Assembly: GCA_043228905.1 (NCBI GenBank) | Contig: JBHGNT010000007.1 | Coordinates: 186,001-250,000 of the forward strand | Source of the DNA: Azolla caroliniana | Lineage: Eukaryota; Plantae; Polypodiophyta | Direction: 5' to 3' | DNA length: 64,000 nucleotides | Part shown: positions 41,101 through 51,100 of the stretch, piece after piece | Numbering within the stretch: the first letter of the stretch is position 1 | How the letters are laid out: every line of letters begins with the position of its first letter | Translations under genes and position numbers: made by a program | The notes under the pieces: model-generated | What the model was told of the DNA's origin: nothing | Databases searched by the model: none | Seen by the model: the letters and a program-made list of their open reading frames with translations, nothing else

Positions 41101-41655
41101 CCCACCGATCTTCAGCTCGCGGAGCGTCTCGTTGGTGAAGGTGTGTCCTATGCAGGCCGGATCTCGTAAGCTGGGGTCCGATGCAACCCCTTTGATTCGG
41201 GATTCGCTGCCCTCCGGTAAGGGCGCCGCAACTGGCCTCACCTTCCGGTCCACAGTCTTGTACTTGGTGCTAACTCGGGCCGTCCGTTCCGACTCGAGCT
41301 CTCGACCGAAGTCCGCGATGACTTCGTACATTTCTTCGGAACATACCGGTATCGTCCGGTCTTCGTTAAGGTCTTCTTCGACTACCTTCCCCAGCATTCC
41401 CAAGGTGTCGTCGAAGGAGACTGCCTCCACGGCTCCGTTGATTTCTTCGTCAGGGCCGAGAACTCCGCACGCTCGAAGTCTCCCCTCCGTCTTTGTTTTC
41501 TCTCGGCCGGCGATGCCGACCCTCGTACATGCTCCGCTGTCGGAGAAGCAAAATTTCCTACCTATTGTACACGGTTTTCTCGTACAGATGTGGGGTTTTC
41601 CCGGAGCATCCGGACTGTCGCGGCCCCACGCCTTGGCAGTCCTCTCTAAAAATCC
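38167..41655 (-). CDS. pol: Element E ORF2: RT-RNaseH-integrase, entered by -1 frameshift
   Basis: The -1 frame is open from the GGATTTT heptamer to 38167. RT LPQG/FLDD, RNaseH TVDTS...ADMLSR, INT HHCC and D-D-E, GPY motif. No chromodomain. Confidence 0.9.
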   Translation of the reverse strand, partial: GFLERTAKAWGRDSPDAPGKPHICTRKPCTIGRKFCFSDSGACTRVGIAGREKTKTEGRLRACGVLGPDEEINGAVEAVSFDDTLGMLGKVVEEDLNEDRTIPVCSEEMYEVIADFGRELESERTARVSTKYKTVDRKVRPVAAPLPEGSESRIKGVASDPSLRDPACIGHTFTNETLRELKIGGGGFLLPAEEDRFRRMLGRHGKAFAFSPEEIGCVDPTTVEPMVIFTVPHVPWNLKPIPVPRAHIPKLMELLKQKVDMGILEPSSAPYSNRWFTVPKKNGSLRFIQDLQPVNRVTIRNAGIGPTIDEFAEAFAGRSIYSVGDLYSGYDQFQLAVESRDITTMRTPLGLVRMCTLPQGGTNSVAHMVNAMNKVLRDCIPDITMPFLDDIPIKGCPVEEKDETIGPDGCRRFVVTHIDDCEKVLQRLEDARLTFSGEKSAFGQSEIMVVRHLCGPYGRKPSPAKIEAISAMKPDCSSVTEVRRFLGACAFYHIWIPHYAHVAEPLYGLLKKGRRFEWLDKHTESVRKLKEALSAAPALRKAVYRKGTPVYITVDTSPTGIGWVVNQEDEDGNRFPIRFGAKVLSERQRGYAQVKRELWGIVSAVKADKDYLIGTEVIIETDCMPILGMVSGCATPDLAMLRWIAYIKSLDPEIRHISGKDNAMADMLSRARFDDEGGMVSEDEEVGVDFFEAAYVTTDGTSTPALNDFDASKYDGEWLQIGGFLKTMTPDASWTKDEANRIRKKAYRFFLRDGYLWKHPKKRDGAPLRVVATKEEQEELLTAYHDSPWAGHRGTWATFEKLKGKYWWPGQYQDVHRFVTTCESCQMHSIVRHRDELHPTYPPTIHFKWMVDLVTMPMGVGQMRYLVLAREDLTNQVEGRALPNKTTAAVCRFLIEDVICRYGCVGKIVADRGELDAEEAAELFDRLGVKLSLTTAYNPEANGKVERGHGPIVKALVRACGGQVGNWPRLLPYALWADRTTHSSVTGYMPTELMFGQKPIMPIERTISSWATVDWRDEMSREELLAARIRQLERRPEDVALAAEKLRVARTKNKARFDRTHRLRPKKIDEGDWVLVYDSSLDNQHRATRKFARRWFGPYVVRSANDNRTYHLAELDGTRMAIPVAGKRIKAFKKRHDDEPDPALLVSIDERSENEEEPKGEK

Positions 41656-43772
41656 TCTCGGTTTTCGGAACCGAGGGAGTCGCGGTTACGTTCGTGGTTC
41701 GGCCGTACCGTCAGAAACTGGACCGAATGGCGCCCGTCTTGGCTTTTGACCCTCGCGTAGGCCGAACCATTGTCCAACACCTTGGTCTCCATCCGCGCCG
41801 CCGTGATGTACGGCTCTCCCAGTATGACCGGATGCGAAGACGTCTCCTGCACGAAGAAGTGCTGGTCAATCTCGACGTCGCCGATCTTGACTCGCACATT
41901 CGGACAGGCCCCGTGCAGCTCCTCGGTGGCGCGCGTTGCCGCCCTTATTTTCCACCCGTGCTTGGTGTTGATCGGCCATTTGCCCTTCTTATAGAAATCC
42001 ATGGACATCAAGTTGATCTCCGATCCGTGGTCCACCAAAGCTATCACCGGTTCCTGGACACCGCCGATCTTCACCGGGGTTTCCGTGGTCGCTCGGGCCC
42101 AGTGTGGTCTCGAATAGTGGCTTTCCGCCCACTCGTCTCCCAACGCCATGTCGTCTAGGTGCGTCGTCCGCACTTCCACTGGTCTTTCCGGTTCTGTCTC
42201 CGTTGACAGCCTCTTCCGTTTCACCAAGTCCACGATGGAGTCGTGGAACTCCTTCTTGGCGATTCCCAGCACCTCTCGTAACGACAGCTCCACCTTGCTG
42301 TCAAGGATCCGTTCCTCCAGGACCTTTCGTAAGTCCGTGGTTCTTTCTATCTCCGTCCCCAGACGGTACCCACCCTTCTGGGGTTTATCTTGCGTACCGG
42401 CCCCGCCGGCTTCGTCCCGTCGTGGCCCGGACCGGGTCTCGTATCGTTGTGAGGGCCCGGTCGTCCCGGGTTTCCCCACCCGCTTCTCTTCTACCAGAGC
42501 CTCGTAGTTCCGGCAAGCGGCTTCCACGAAGCCCGTCTTTTCCTCGACCGGGTCGCTCCACCCGGTCATCTCCCGTACCCGTTTCTCCGCACGGTCCGAT
42601 TCCTCCCCTTTTAGCCCTGCACCGGCAAGGCCTTCTAGCATCGTCGGCCAGAATCCGGCTTTGCTTTCCTTTCGGTCCTCGCCGCCCCCGACTCGAATGC
42701 CGGCCGACGCCGAGTAGTGGACGGTTTCCGCGTGTCGGGCCGCCGCCTCTTCCATCAACCTTTTCATACCACCTCGCCCGTCGTTTCGGCTCAGGGCCCT
42801 TCGGGTGTCGCTGGCATGCACCCGTCCTTCCCACAGGTACACCACCCTGTTCCTCAGCGCCTCCGCGAAGTCGCCGCAGTCCTTCCGAATGTGGCCGACT
42901 TCATCGCACCACATGCACCTGTTTCCTGCCGCCGGCCGTCGGTCACGAGCCGGTTCGCCTCCTTCCCTTCGGGCCTGCGCGATTTGGAGGTCCTTTATCG
43001 CCTTCGTCAATTCCTCCAACGCCGCTCCTCCGGTTGAGCCTCTGACTACGCCGGTCGAAGCCGAACTCGTTTCCAACCACTCTCGGGTCTCTTCTTTTCG
43101 CACCTGTGGCGCTGGTTCGAGCTTCCTTGCTGCGACCGAGCCCGACCCGGTTGCCCCGTTATCCGCCCATTCTCGCCGTTTGTCGAAACGGCCACAGACC
43201 TTCCTGACAGCCGCCCAGTCGGTAGTGAGCCCGTCTTCGGTTTCCAGCAAGAGGCCCACTTGCTCCCGATCCCGCTCGTCGACCGACTTGACAAACAGTA
43301 AGACCCGGCTCGTGTCCAGGATGGTTCGGTCGAGCGCCGAAAGGCGCGCAAAGTTTTCCTCGAACTCCCGGAGGAGTGCCGACGCGTTTCTTCCCTTCCC
43401 CGGGGATTCGACCCATTCCATGAACCTTCGCTTCGAAAGCCGGAGCGCGTCGTCCAGCCCGTATTTCTCTAGGAGCCGACCTTCGAACTCTTCCCAGGTA
43501 CGGCTCTCCGCCCGCACCTCGAGCACCTCCGCATGGATGCTCGGCATTGCCACTCGGGGAAATCCGGCAAGACGCCTTTCTTCCGGAATGTCCCGCATCA
43601 GCATTTCTGCACCGTAGGACGCCAGATACTTCGTGGCATCCCTCCCACCGAACCGGCCGATCGTGCCGACGACCGCCTCAATAGCTCTGTCGAGGGCACC
43701 GGTGCCCTCGCGCGCGTTTACAATCCGATCCACGGCCGAAGCCATGGCCTCTGCAAGATCCGACCCCCTCAT
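41646..43772 (-). CDS. gag: Element E ORF1: Gag-protease (708 aa)
   Basis: ATG ~23 nt after the PBS, CMWCDEVGHIRKDC zinc knuckle, protease ALVDHGSEIN...VILGEPY, ends REDF-UAG at the slippery site. Confidence 0.9.
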   Translation of the reverse strand: MRGSDLAEAMASAVDRIVNAREGTGALDRAIEAVVGTIGRFGGRDATKYLASYGAEMLMRDIPEERRLAGFPRVAMPSIHAEVLEVRAESRTWEEFEGRLLEKYGLDDALRLSKRRFMEWVESPGKGRNASALLREFEENFARLSALDRTILDTSRVLLFVKSVDERDREQVGLLLETEDGLTTDWAAVRKVCGRFDKRREWADNGATGSGSVAARKLEPAPQVRKEETREWLETSSASTGVVRGSTGGAALEELTKAIKDLQIAQARREGGEPARDRRPAAGNRCMWCDEVGHIRKDCGDFAEALRNRVVYLWEGRVHASDTRRALSRNDGRGGMKRLMEEAAARHAETVHYSASAGIRVGGGEDRKESKAGFWPTMLEGLAGAGLKGEESDRAEKRVREMTGWSDPVEEKTGFVEAACRNYEALVEEKRVGKPGTTGPSQRYETRSGPRRDEAGGAGTQDKPQKGGYRLGTEIERTTDLRKVLEERILDSKVELSLREVLGIAKKEFHDSIVDLVKRKRLSTETEPERPVEVRTTHLDDMALGDEWAESHYSRPHWARATTETPVKIGGVQEPVIALVDHGSEINLMSMDFYKKGKWPINTKHGWKIRAATRATEELHGACPNVRVKIGDVEIDQHFFVQETSSHPVILGEPYITAARMETKVLDNGSAYARVKSQDGRHSVQFLTVRPNHERNRDSLGSENREDF

Positions 43773-46700
43773 CTTCTGCTCTTCTGCCGCCTCCTTCACG
43801 TCGGGTTCACCAAGATGTCGTGTTATTACGCAAGTGCGTGTGGAAACGAGGCGGGACCGCGGGGGTCTCGAACCAAAGAGCAAGCGAGGGAGGAGAAAGA
43901 GAGAGAACCGGCTACGCAGGACCGGGGATACACAGGGACACGGCCCTTCAGCACGGAGAACGCGAACGAACACCGACACAGACAGATGCGAATGACTAAA
44001 TATATATATCAAGAATGGCTAACACGACTACAACCCTCGATGGGGCACAGGTTGGTTACAACCGAACAGGCCGGCGAACAGATGCCGATGCCTGTTCGCT
44101 TCAACGCACAAAGGGGTTGCCGGTCGGAGGTGCTGCCGGAAGCACTCGGGCGTTCCTCGAAACAGCGCAAGCCTCCTCGGAACCCTGCACAGAAAAGCTA
44201 TGGAGCTCAAGAAGGAAGGAAACAGAGGGCGAAGCGTCCAGAAACGGTCCGACAGCACTTCGTCCTCTCCACGCCAGATCCCCTTGCAATAGCTCTTTCC
44301 TGCTCCTTATATAGGCCGACGAGCAGGCCGTCACGTCAGCTTTATTCCCTGTCCCTTTTGGACAGGGATTCGCTTCGTCCTTCACGCATCCGCGTAGTTA
44401 CGCCGCCGACTCGTACAGTTCCTTCGCTCGCGCGCGCGACCGAAAAGACTGTTCGCGCGGTCTTTGTCTCCACTCGTGTTAGGGCCCGTTCCCGCCGATT
44501 ATCCTCCTAATTCGCTTCTATGTACAACTCGGAGCGTGCGCGCGTGAAGAACCGGTTCCCACGCCTTGGTGCGCCGATTCCGCCTATGGACGGTTTTCTT
44601 CACGACAACGGAACAACGGGTCCAGGAGGTCACCGGTTGGGACGATCCGGTCGAAGAGAAAACGGGCTTCGTAGAAGCCGCTTGCCAGAACTACAAGGGG
44701 GTTTCGGTTGAGCACTGAAATCGAAAGGACCACAGACTTGTGAAAGGTCCTAGAGGAACGTATCCTCGACAGCAAAGTGGAGCTATCACTGAGGGAAGTG
44801 CTCGGGATCGCCAAGAAGGAGTTCCACGACTCCATCGTAGACTTGGTGAAGAGGAAAAGGTTGTCGACGGAGCCGGAACCGGAGAAGCCGATGGAGGTGC
44901 GGACCACGCACTTGGAAGATGCAGCCCTAGAAGACGAGTCGGCGGAAAGCCTTTGCACGAAGCCGCATTGGGCCAGGGCAACTACGGAAACCCTTGTACG
45001 GATCGGCAACGTTCCCGAACCGGTGGTGGCCTTGGTAGACCATGGATCCGAAATCAACCTAATGTCCATGGATTTCTACAAGAGGGGTCAATGGCCGATC
45101 AACACCAAGCATGGCTGGAAAATACAGGCAGCGACGCGCGCCACGGAAGAACTACATGGAGCCTGTCCGAACGTACAGGTGAAAATCGGCGATGTCGAGA
45201 TCGACCAGCACTTCTTCGTGCAAGAGACATCCTCGCATCCGGTTATACTAGGAGAGCCATACATCACGGCGGCACGGATGGAGACCAAGGTGTTGGACAA
45301 CGGTTCCGCCTATGCAAGAGTCAAGAGCCAGGACGGGCGTCACTCGGTCCAGTTCCTGACGGTGCGACCAAACCACGAGCGTAACCGCGAGGCCCTCAGC
45401 GGCGAAACCCGAGGGGATTTTTCGAGAGGGCTATCAAGGTGTGGGGCTGCGATAGTCCGGACACCCGGAAAAACCCCACAAATGTACAGTACGAAAGAAG
45501 ACTTGTACCATAGGTAGGAAATTCTGGTTCTCCAACAACGGAGGTTGTGCTATGGCCGGCGTCAATGGCCGGGAAAGGAAGCGAGCGGAGGAGCAGCTCA
45601 GAGGATGCGGGGTCCTCTTCCTCGACGAAGACATCAGCGGCGTCGTGGAGGCGATCTCTTTTGACGACACCTTGGGCGAGTTGCGAAAGGTGATCGGTGA
45701 AGACCTTAGAGAAGACCGGACCGTTCCGGTAGGTTCGATGGGAATGTACGAAGTCATCGCGGTGTCGTGAAGAATTTTGGCCAGAGGCGGAAACCGAGAA
45801 ACATTGGCTACATCAGCGGGGTGCAGCATGTGTACGCACTCATGTACATTTAGTGTGAATATCGAGGGCGCCTTTATGGCGCCGAAGAGTAGTTAAGTCG
45901 GGACAGACAATCCCATGTAAGTCGGGATTGTCCCACATTGTAACGCATCCCTTTCCTTGTTCTATAAAAGGAAGGGAACGCCCTTTGTGAAAGGGTTGCC
46001 TATTTTGTGGGAGTAAGGTATACCACTTAGTCCAGGGTTCTCCTTCTTCCCATTTTGTTTTAGGGTTAAGGTTTCGGTTAGGGTTTTCTTCTTGGGTTTT
46101 CCTTTAGGGTTTTCATATAGTCGTTTGGTGCGGCCATGGCAGCCACCATTGTTGTAATCATTCATTTCATAATAGAACTTCTTGTTGAGTATCTTGATTG
46201 CATCTTCTTCTTCTTCTATCATAATGTCATATTCGTTCTCTTCTCCTCTTGAGCTAATCTTTCTCCTCCACTCCCTAGTCCAAGACCCCCGTGGTCCCGC
46301 CCTTCTACACGCACGCGCGTAACAACGCGACATCTTTGGTGAACCCGACGTAAAAGGCGGCAAGGGAGGATGGAGTTGGAAGACGATGACCTTGCGGAGA
46401 TGGTGGCCGAAGTGGTGTTGGAGTCGGCACGAGTGGTGATGAGGCGAGAAGCAGCGCAACAAGCGGTTGAGTGAGTGGTCAAAAGAGTCGGCCGTTTCAA
46501 CGGGGACAAAGTCCCATCTTACTTGGAAGCCTTCAACGTGGAAATGGAGGGGCATGGCGTAGACGAGGCGTTGAGGCTGGAATTCTTCTGTCGGGTCGTA
46601 GCGGTCCAGATGCATGCGGAAGTAAAGGAGCTCCGTGAGGCTCATGGTTCGTGGGAGGCCTTCGAAGAGGCGCTCATGAAGGCATACGGAGGAAGGCGGA

Positions 46701-48119
46701 AGAGCCGGGGATGACACGACTTCGACCAATGGGTAGCATCGGCAAAGACCCACCGGGGCGCGACGAAAGCGTTCCGAGAGTTCGAGCGACGGCTTGCTCG
46801 GCTCCCGGAGCGGGAACAAGGTTTGGTGGGGGCGGACAAAGTCCTTTTGTTCGTCAGGTCGATCGACCGAGCGGAACGGGAAGCCATCGGAATTGAGCTC
46901 GAAGACGATGATGGAGCAAATGGGCTTACGGAGGACTGGTCGAAGGTCAGAAGGGTGTGCCAACGGCTAGATGATGAGCGAGCCGAGAGGGGTAAGAGGA
47001 AGGGACGCGACGGCGTGCCATCACAGCGGGAAGAGGCCGAACGGCAAAGAGATCCGGCAAGGGTCGGCGTTGGGGCCAGGATTGCGGAGGCGTACGAAGC
47101 TCTCAAAGCGATGCTCGAGGAAGAAGGAAGATCGAGGCCGGAAGCCGAGACCGAGGAGACGGACTTGCCCCACGCGACGGCGGAAGATCGGTACCACAAT
47201 ACCACGGGAGAGGGTGCGGAACGAAACGCCCTCTCGACTTGCGGAGAGAGAACAGCCAAGGACGAGGCCGAGATACAGATCGCGGAACCGGAACATTGGG
47301 ACCAGCGGTTTCGGGCGTGTCAGCCCGAGATCCTGGTCATTGAAGAAGCAAGCCCAGACGAGGCTTGCGCGATCGGTAAGAAAATGACCGCCGACCACGA
47401 AGAGTCGGTGGCTACGGACAAGGGCGTAAAACGGACGGGCGATTCTTTGTGTCTTCCCACACTTGCTCCCGAGACGATGGCAGTCGGGCCCGAGTGCCCA
47501 CGTGAGTCCCAAGCGGAGGAAGGTTGCGGCGAAAGGCCAAGAATCACCGGCGAGACGATACGGGGAAGGAGCGGACGAAAGCCCACGGACCCAATTCCAG
47601 AGAACTCGGCATTCGGGCCCGTATGCCCATGTAAGACCGAGGAGATGGATGGCAGTACCGAGGAGTCCTGTCACGATGCCAATGAAGACGGATGGTAAAC
47701 GGCCTGCGAGATGGCTAGGGATGGACACGGCACGATGAGATCGGCATTCCGATACGGAAGGAGCGTAATCCAATCGTGGATTGTTCAATCGGGGCCGGAC
47801 TCGACATAAAGGGGCCAGTACGGAAGGGGGTGCGGGACGAGGCGCCCTCTTTTACATGGGGAGAAAGATCGACCGGCCGAAGGTCGAGATTTGGAAAGAG
47901 AATGAAAGCCGGTCCTATGGGATTCCTTACACCGATCCGGCTGCAGGCCCGAGTGCCGGCGTAAGTCCTATAAGAGAAGACGGTGGCGACAAGAGAACGG
48001 GACTCGGCAATCCGGAGAAGGACGAACGGACCCGGACGAGAACCGGGCGGAGCGGAACCCCGGATGACCATTCCGGGAGGGAGGAAGAGAGCAGGCCTAC
48101 GAAGAGACCGAGGACACGG

Positions 48120-51100
48120 TGTCGTGAAGAAAACCGTCCACAAGCGGAATCGGTGCGTCGGAGTGTAGGAACCGGCTCTTCATGCACGTACGCCTTGTGT
48201 TGTACATAGGAGAGAATTAGGGACATGGGAGATCCTAGGTAGGTAGATTCGGTAGGTAGGAAGTTAATAGGAAACGGCTCCCTTCTTGCCTATAAAAGGA
48301 GGGAGACGAGGAGGAGGAAGGTATCGCGGAATCAGAGAGGACGAAGTGTTGTCGGGCTGTCGGTCGAAGGCTTCTCTCTCTTCCATACTCCATAGCTCCT
48401 TTCTGTGCAGGTTTCGGGAGGCTCGCGCTGCTCTGAGGAATGCCCGAGTGCTTCCGGCAGCACCTCCAACCTACACCTTTCTTTCTGTGCGTTTACGAAC
48501 AGGCATCGGCATCTATTCGCCGGCCTGTTCAGTTGTAACCGACTTCGTGTTTTTGTTGTTTTGTCTTTGTTAATACATACATACATTCGTGTCTTCTGTG
48601 TCGTTGTCCCACTCGCGTCTTTGTGTCGAAGGGCCGTGTCCCTGTGGATCTACGCTCGAACGTAGTGGGTCTCTTCTCTTTTCTCTCTTGCTCTTCGGTA
48701 CAGGACCCCCGAGGTCCCGCCTCATTCCACGCATCCGCGAGGGATACCTCGACATCTTGGTGAACCCGACGTGAAGGAGGCGGCAGAAGAGCAGAAGATG
48801 AAAGGGTCGGATCTGGCGGAGGCCATGGCTTCGGCCGTAGATCGGATATTGAGTGCACGCGAGGGCTCTAGCGCCCTCGACAGAGCCATTGAGGCGATCG
48901 TCGGTACGATCGGCCGGTTTAGCGGAAAGGATGCCACGAAGTATTTGGCGTCCTACGGGGCAGAAATGCTGATGCGGGACATTCCGGAAGAGAGGCGTCT
49001 TGCCGGGTTCCCTCGAGTGGCGATGCCGAGCATCCATGCGGAGGTGCTCGAGCTGCGGGCGGAGAGCCGTACCTGGGAGGAGTTCGAAGGTCGACTCCTG
49101 GAAAGATACGGGCTGGACGACGCGCTCCGGCTTTCGAAACGGGACTTCATGGAGTGGGTGGAGTCCCCCGGCAAGGGAAGAAACGCGTCGGCACTTCTTC
49201 GGGAGTTCGAAGAACGCTTTGCGCGCCTTTCGGCGCTTGACCGAACCGTTCTGGATACGAGCCGGGTCCTACTGTTCGTCAAGTCGGTGGACGAGCGGGA
49301 CCGGGATCAAGTCGGCTCCCTGCTAGAAACCGAAGACGGGCTGACGACCGACTGGACGGCGGTTAAGAGAGTACGTGGCCGTTTCGACAAACGGCGAGAA
49401 TGGGCTGACAACGGAGCGACCGGAGCGGGCTCTGTCACAACAAGGAGGATTGAACCGGCACCACAAGGGCGAAGGGAAGAAACCCGGGAATGGCTCGAAA
49501 CCGGTCCGGCTTCGACCGGCATGGTCAGTGGCTCGTCCGGAGGAGCAGCGCTGGAGGAGTTGACGCGGGCGATAAAGGATCTCCAGATCGCCCAGACCCG
49601 AAGGGAAGGCAGCGAACCGGCTCATGACCGACGGCCAGTTGCAAGGAACAGGTGCATGTGGTGCGACGAGGTCGGCCACATCCGGAAGGACTGCGACGAT
49701 TTCGCAGAAGCATTGAGGAACCGGGTGGTGTACCTGTGGGAAGGCCGGGTGCATGCCGACGACACCAGAAGGGCCCTAAACCGAAACGATGGGCGAGGAG
49801 GAACGAAGAGACTGATGGAAGAGGCAGCGGCCCGACACATGGAGGCCATCCACTACTCGGCGTCGACCGGCATTCGGGTGGGGGGCAGCGAGGCCCAAAA
49901 GGAGGGCAAAGACGGATTCTGGTCGGCAATGCTGGAAGGTCTTGCCGGCGCACGGCTAAGGAAAGATGAAACGGACCGCGCTGAGAGACGGATCCGGGAA
50001 ATAACCGGGTGGAGCGATCCGGTCGAGGAGAAGACGGGCTTCGTAGAAGCCGCCTGCCGGAACTACGAGGCTCTGGTAGAAGACAAACGAGTGGGGAAAG
50101 CTGGAGCGGCCGGGCCCTCACAACGGTACGAGACCCGATTCGGGCAACGACGGAACGATGCCGGTGGGTCCAGCTCGCAAGATAACCCCAGGAAGGGCGG
50201 TTACCGATTGGGGACGGAAATAGAAAGGACTACGGACCTACGAAAGGTCCTAGAAGAACGGATCCTCAACAGCAAAGTGGAGTTGTCATTGCGAGAGGTG
50301 CTAGGGATCGCCAAGAAGGAGTTCCACGACTCCATTGTGGACCTGGTGAAACGGAAGAGGTTGTCGACGGAGACGGAACCAGAGAGACCGATGGAGGTGC
50401 GGAAGACGCACATCGACAACATGGCGCTGGAAGATGAGTGGGCGGAGAGCCACTATTCAAGGCCGCACTGGGCCCGAGCGACCATGGAGACCCCAGTAAA
50501 GATCGGAGATGTTCAGGAACCGGTGGTGGCATTGGTGGACCACGGTTCGAAAATAAACCTGATGTCCATGGACTTCTATAAGAAGGGGAAGTGGCCGATC
50601 AACACCAAGCACGGGTGGAAGATACGGGCGGCGATGCACGCCACCGAGGAACTGCACGGGGCCTGCCCGAACGTGCGCGTCAAGATCGGCGACGTCGAGA
50701 TTGACCAGCACTTCTTCGTACAGGAGACGTCCTCGCACCCGGTCATATTAGGGGAACCATACATCACAGCGGCGCGAATGGAGACCAAGGTGCTGGACAA
50801 CGGTTCGGCCTACGCGAGGGTCAAAAGCCAGGACGGGCGCCATTCGGTGCAATTTCTGACGGTGTGGCCGAACCACGAGCGAAACCGCGAATCCCTCGGT
50901 GGCGAGAACCGGGAGGATTTTCAGAGGGGGCTGCCAAGGCGTGGGGCCGAGACAGCCCGGACACTCGGGAAAGACCCCACGACTGTACGATAGAACCGAA
51001 ACCGAAGAAACCCTGTACGATAGGCAGGAAATTTTGCTTCTCCGACGACGGAGGATGTATGATAGTCGGCATCGTTGGCCAAGAAAGGGCAAGGGCGGAG

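Larger units (their letters stand above)
31824..44607 (-). mobile_element. Element E: intact young Trp-primed Ty3/Gypsy; 3' LTR interrupted by Copia H
   Basis: 792-bp LTRs at 44607-43816 and 38095-37909 plus 32428-31824, with no difference seen by eye. PBS 43812-43796, PPT ~38111-38096, TSD ACAG/ACGG. Confidence 0.95.

Noticed and set aside
43773-44012. N-terminal 80 aa of the 788-aa ORF
   Set aside because: Reads through LTR U5 and the PBS, and is not conserved in the other copies. The conserved ATG is at 43772.
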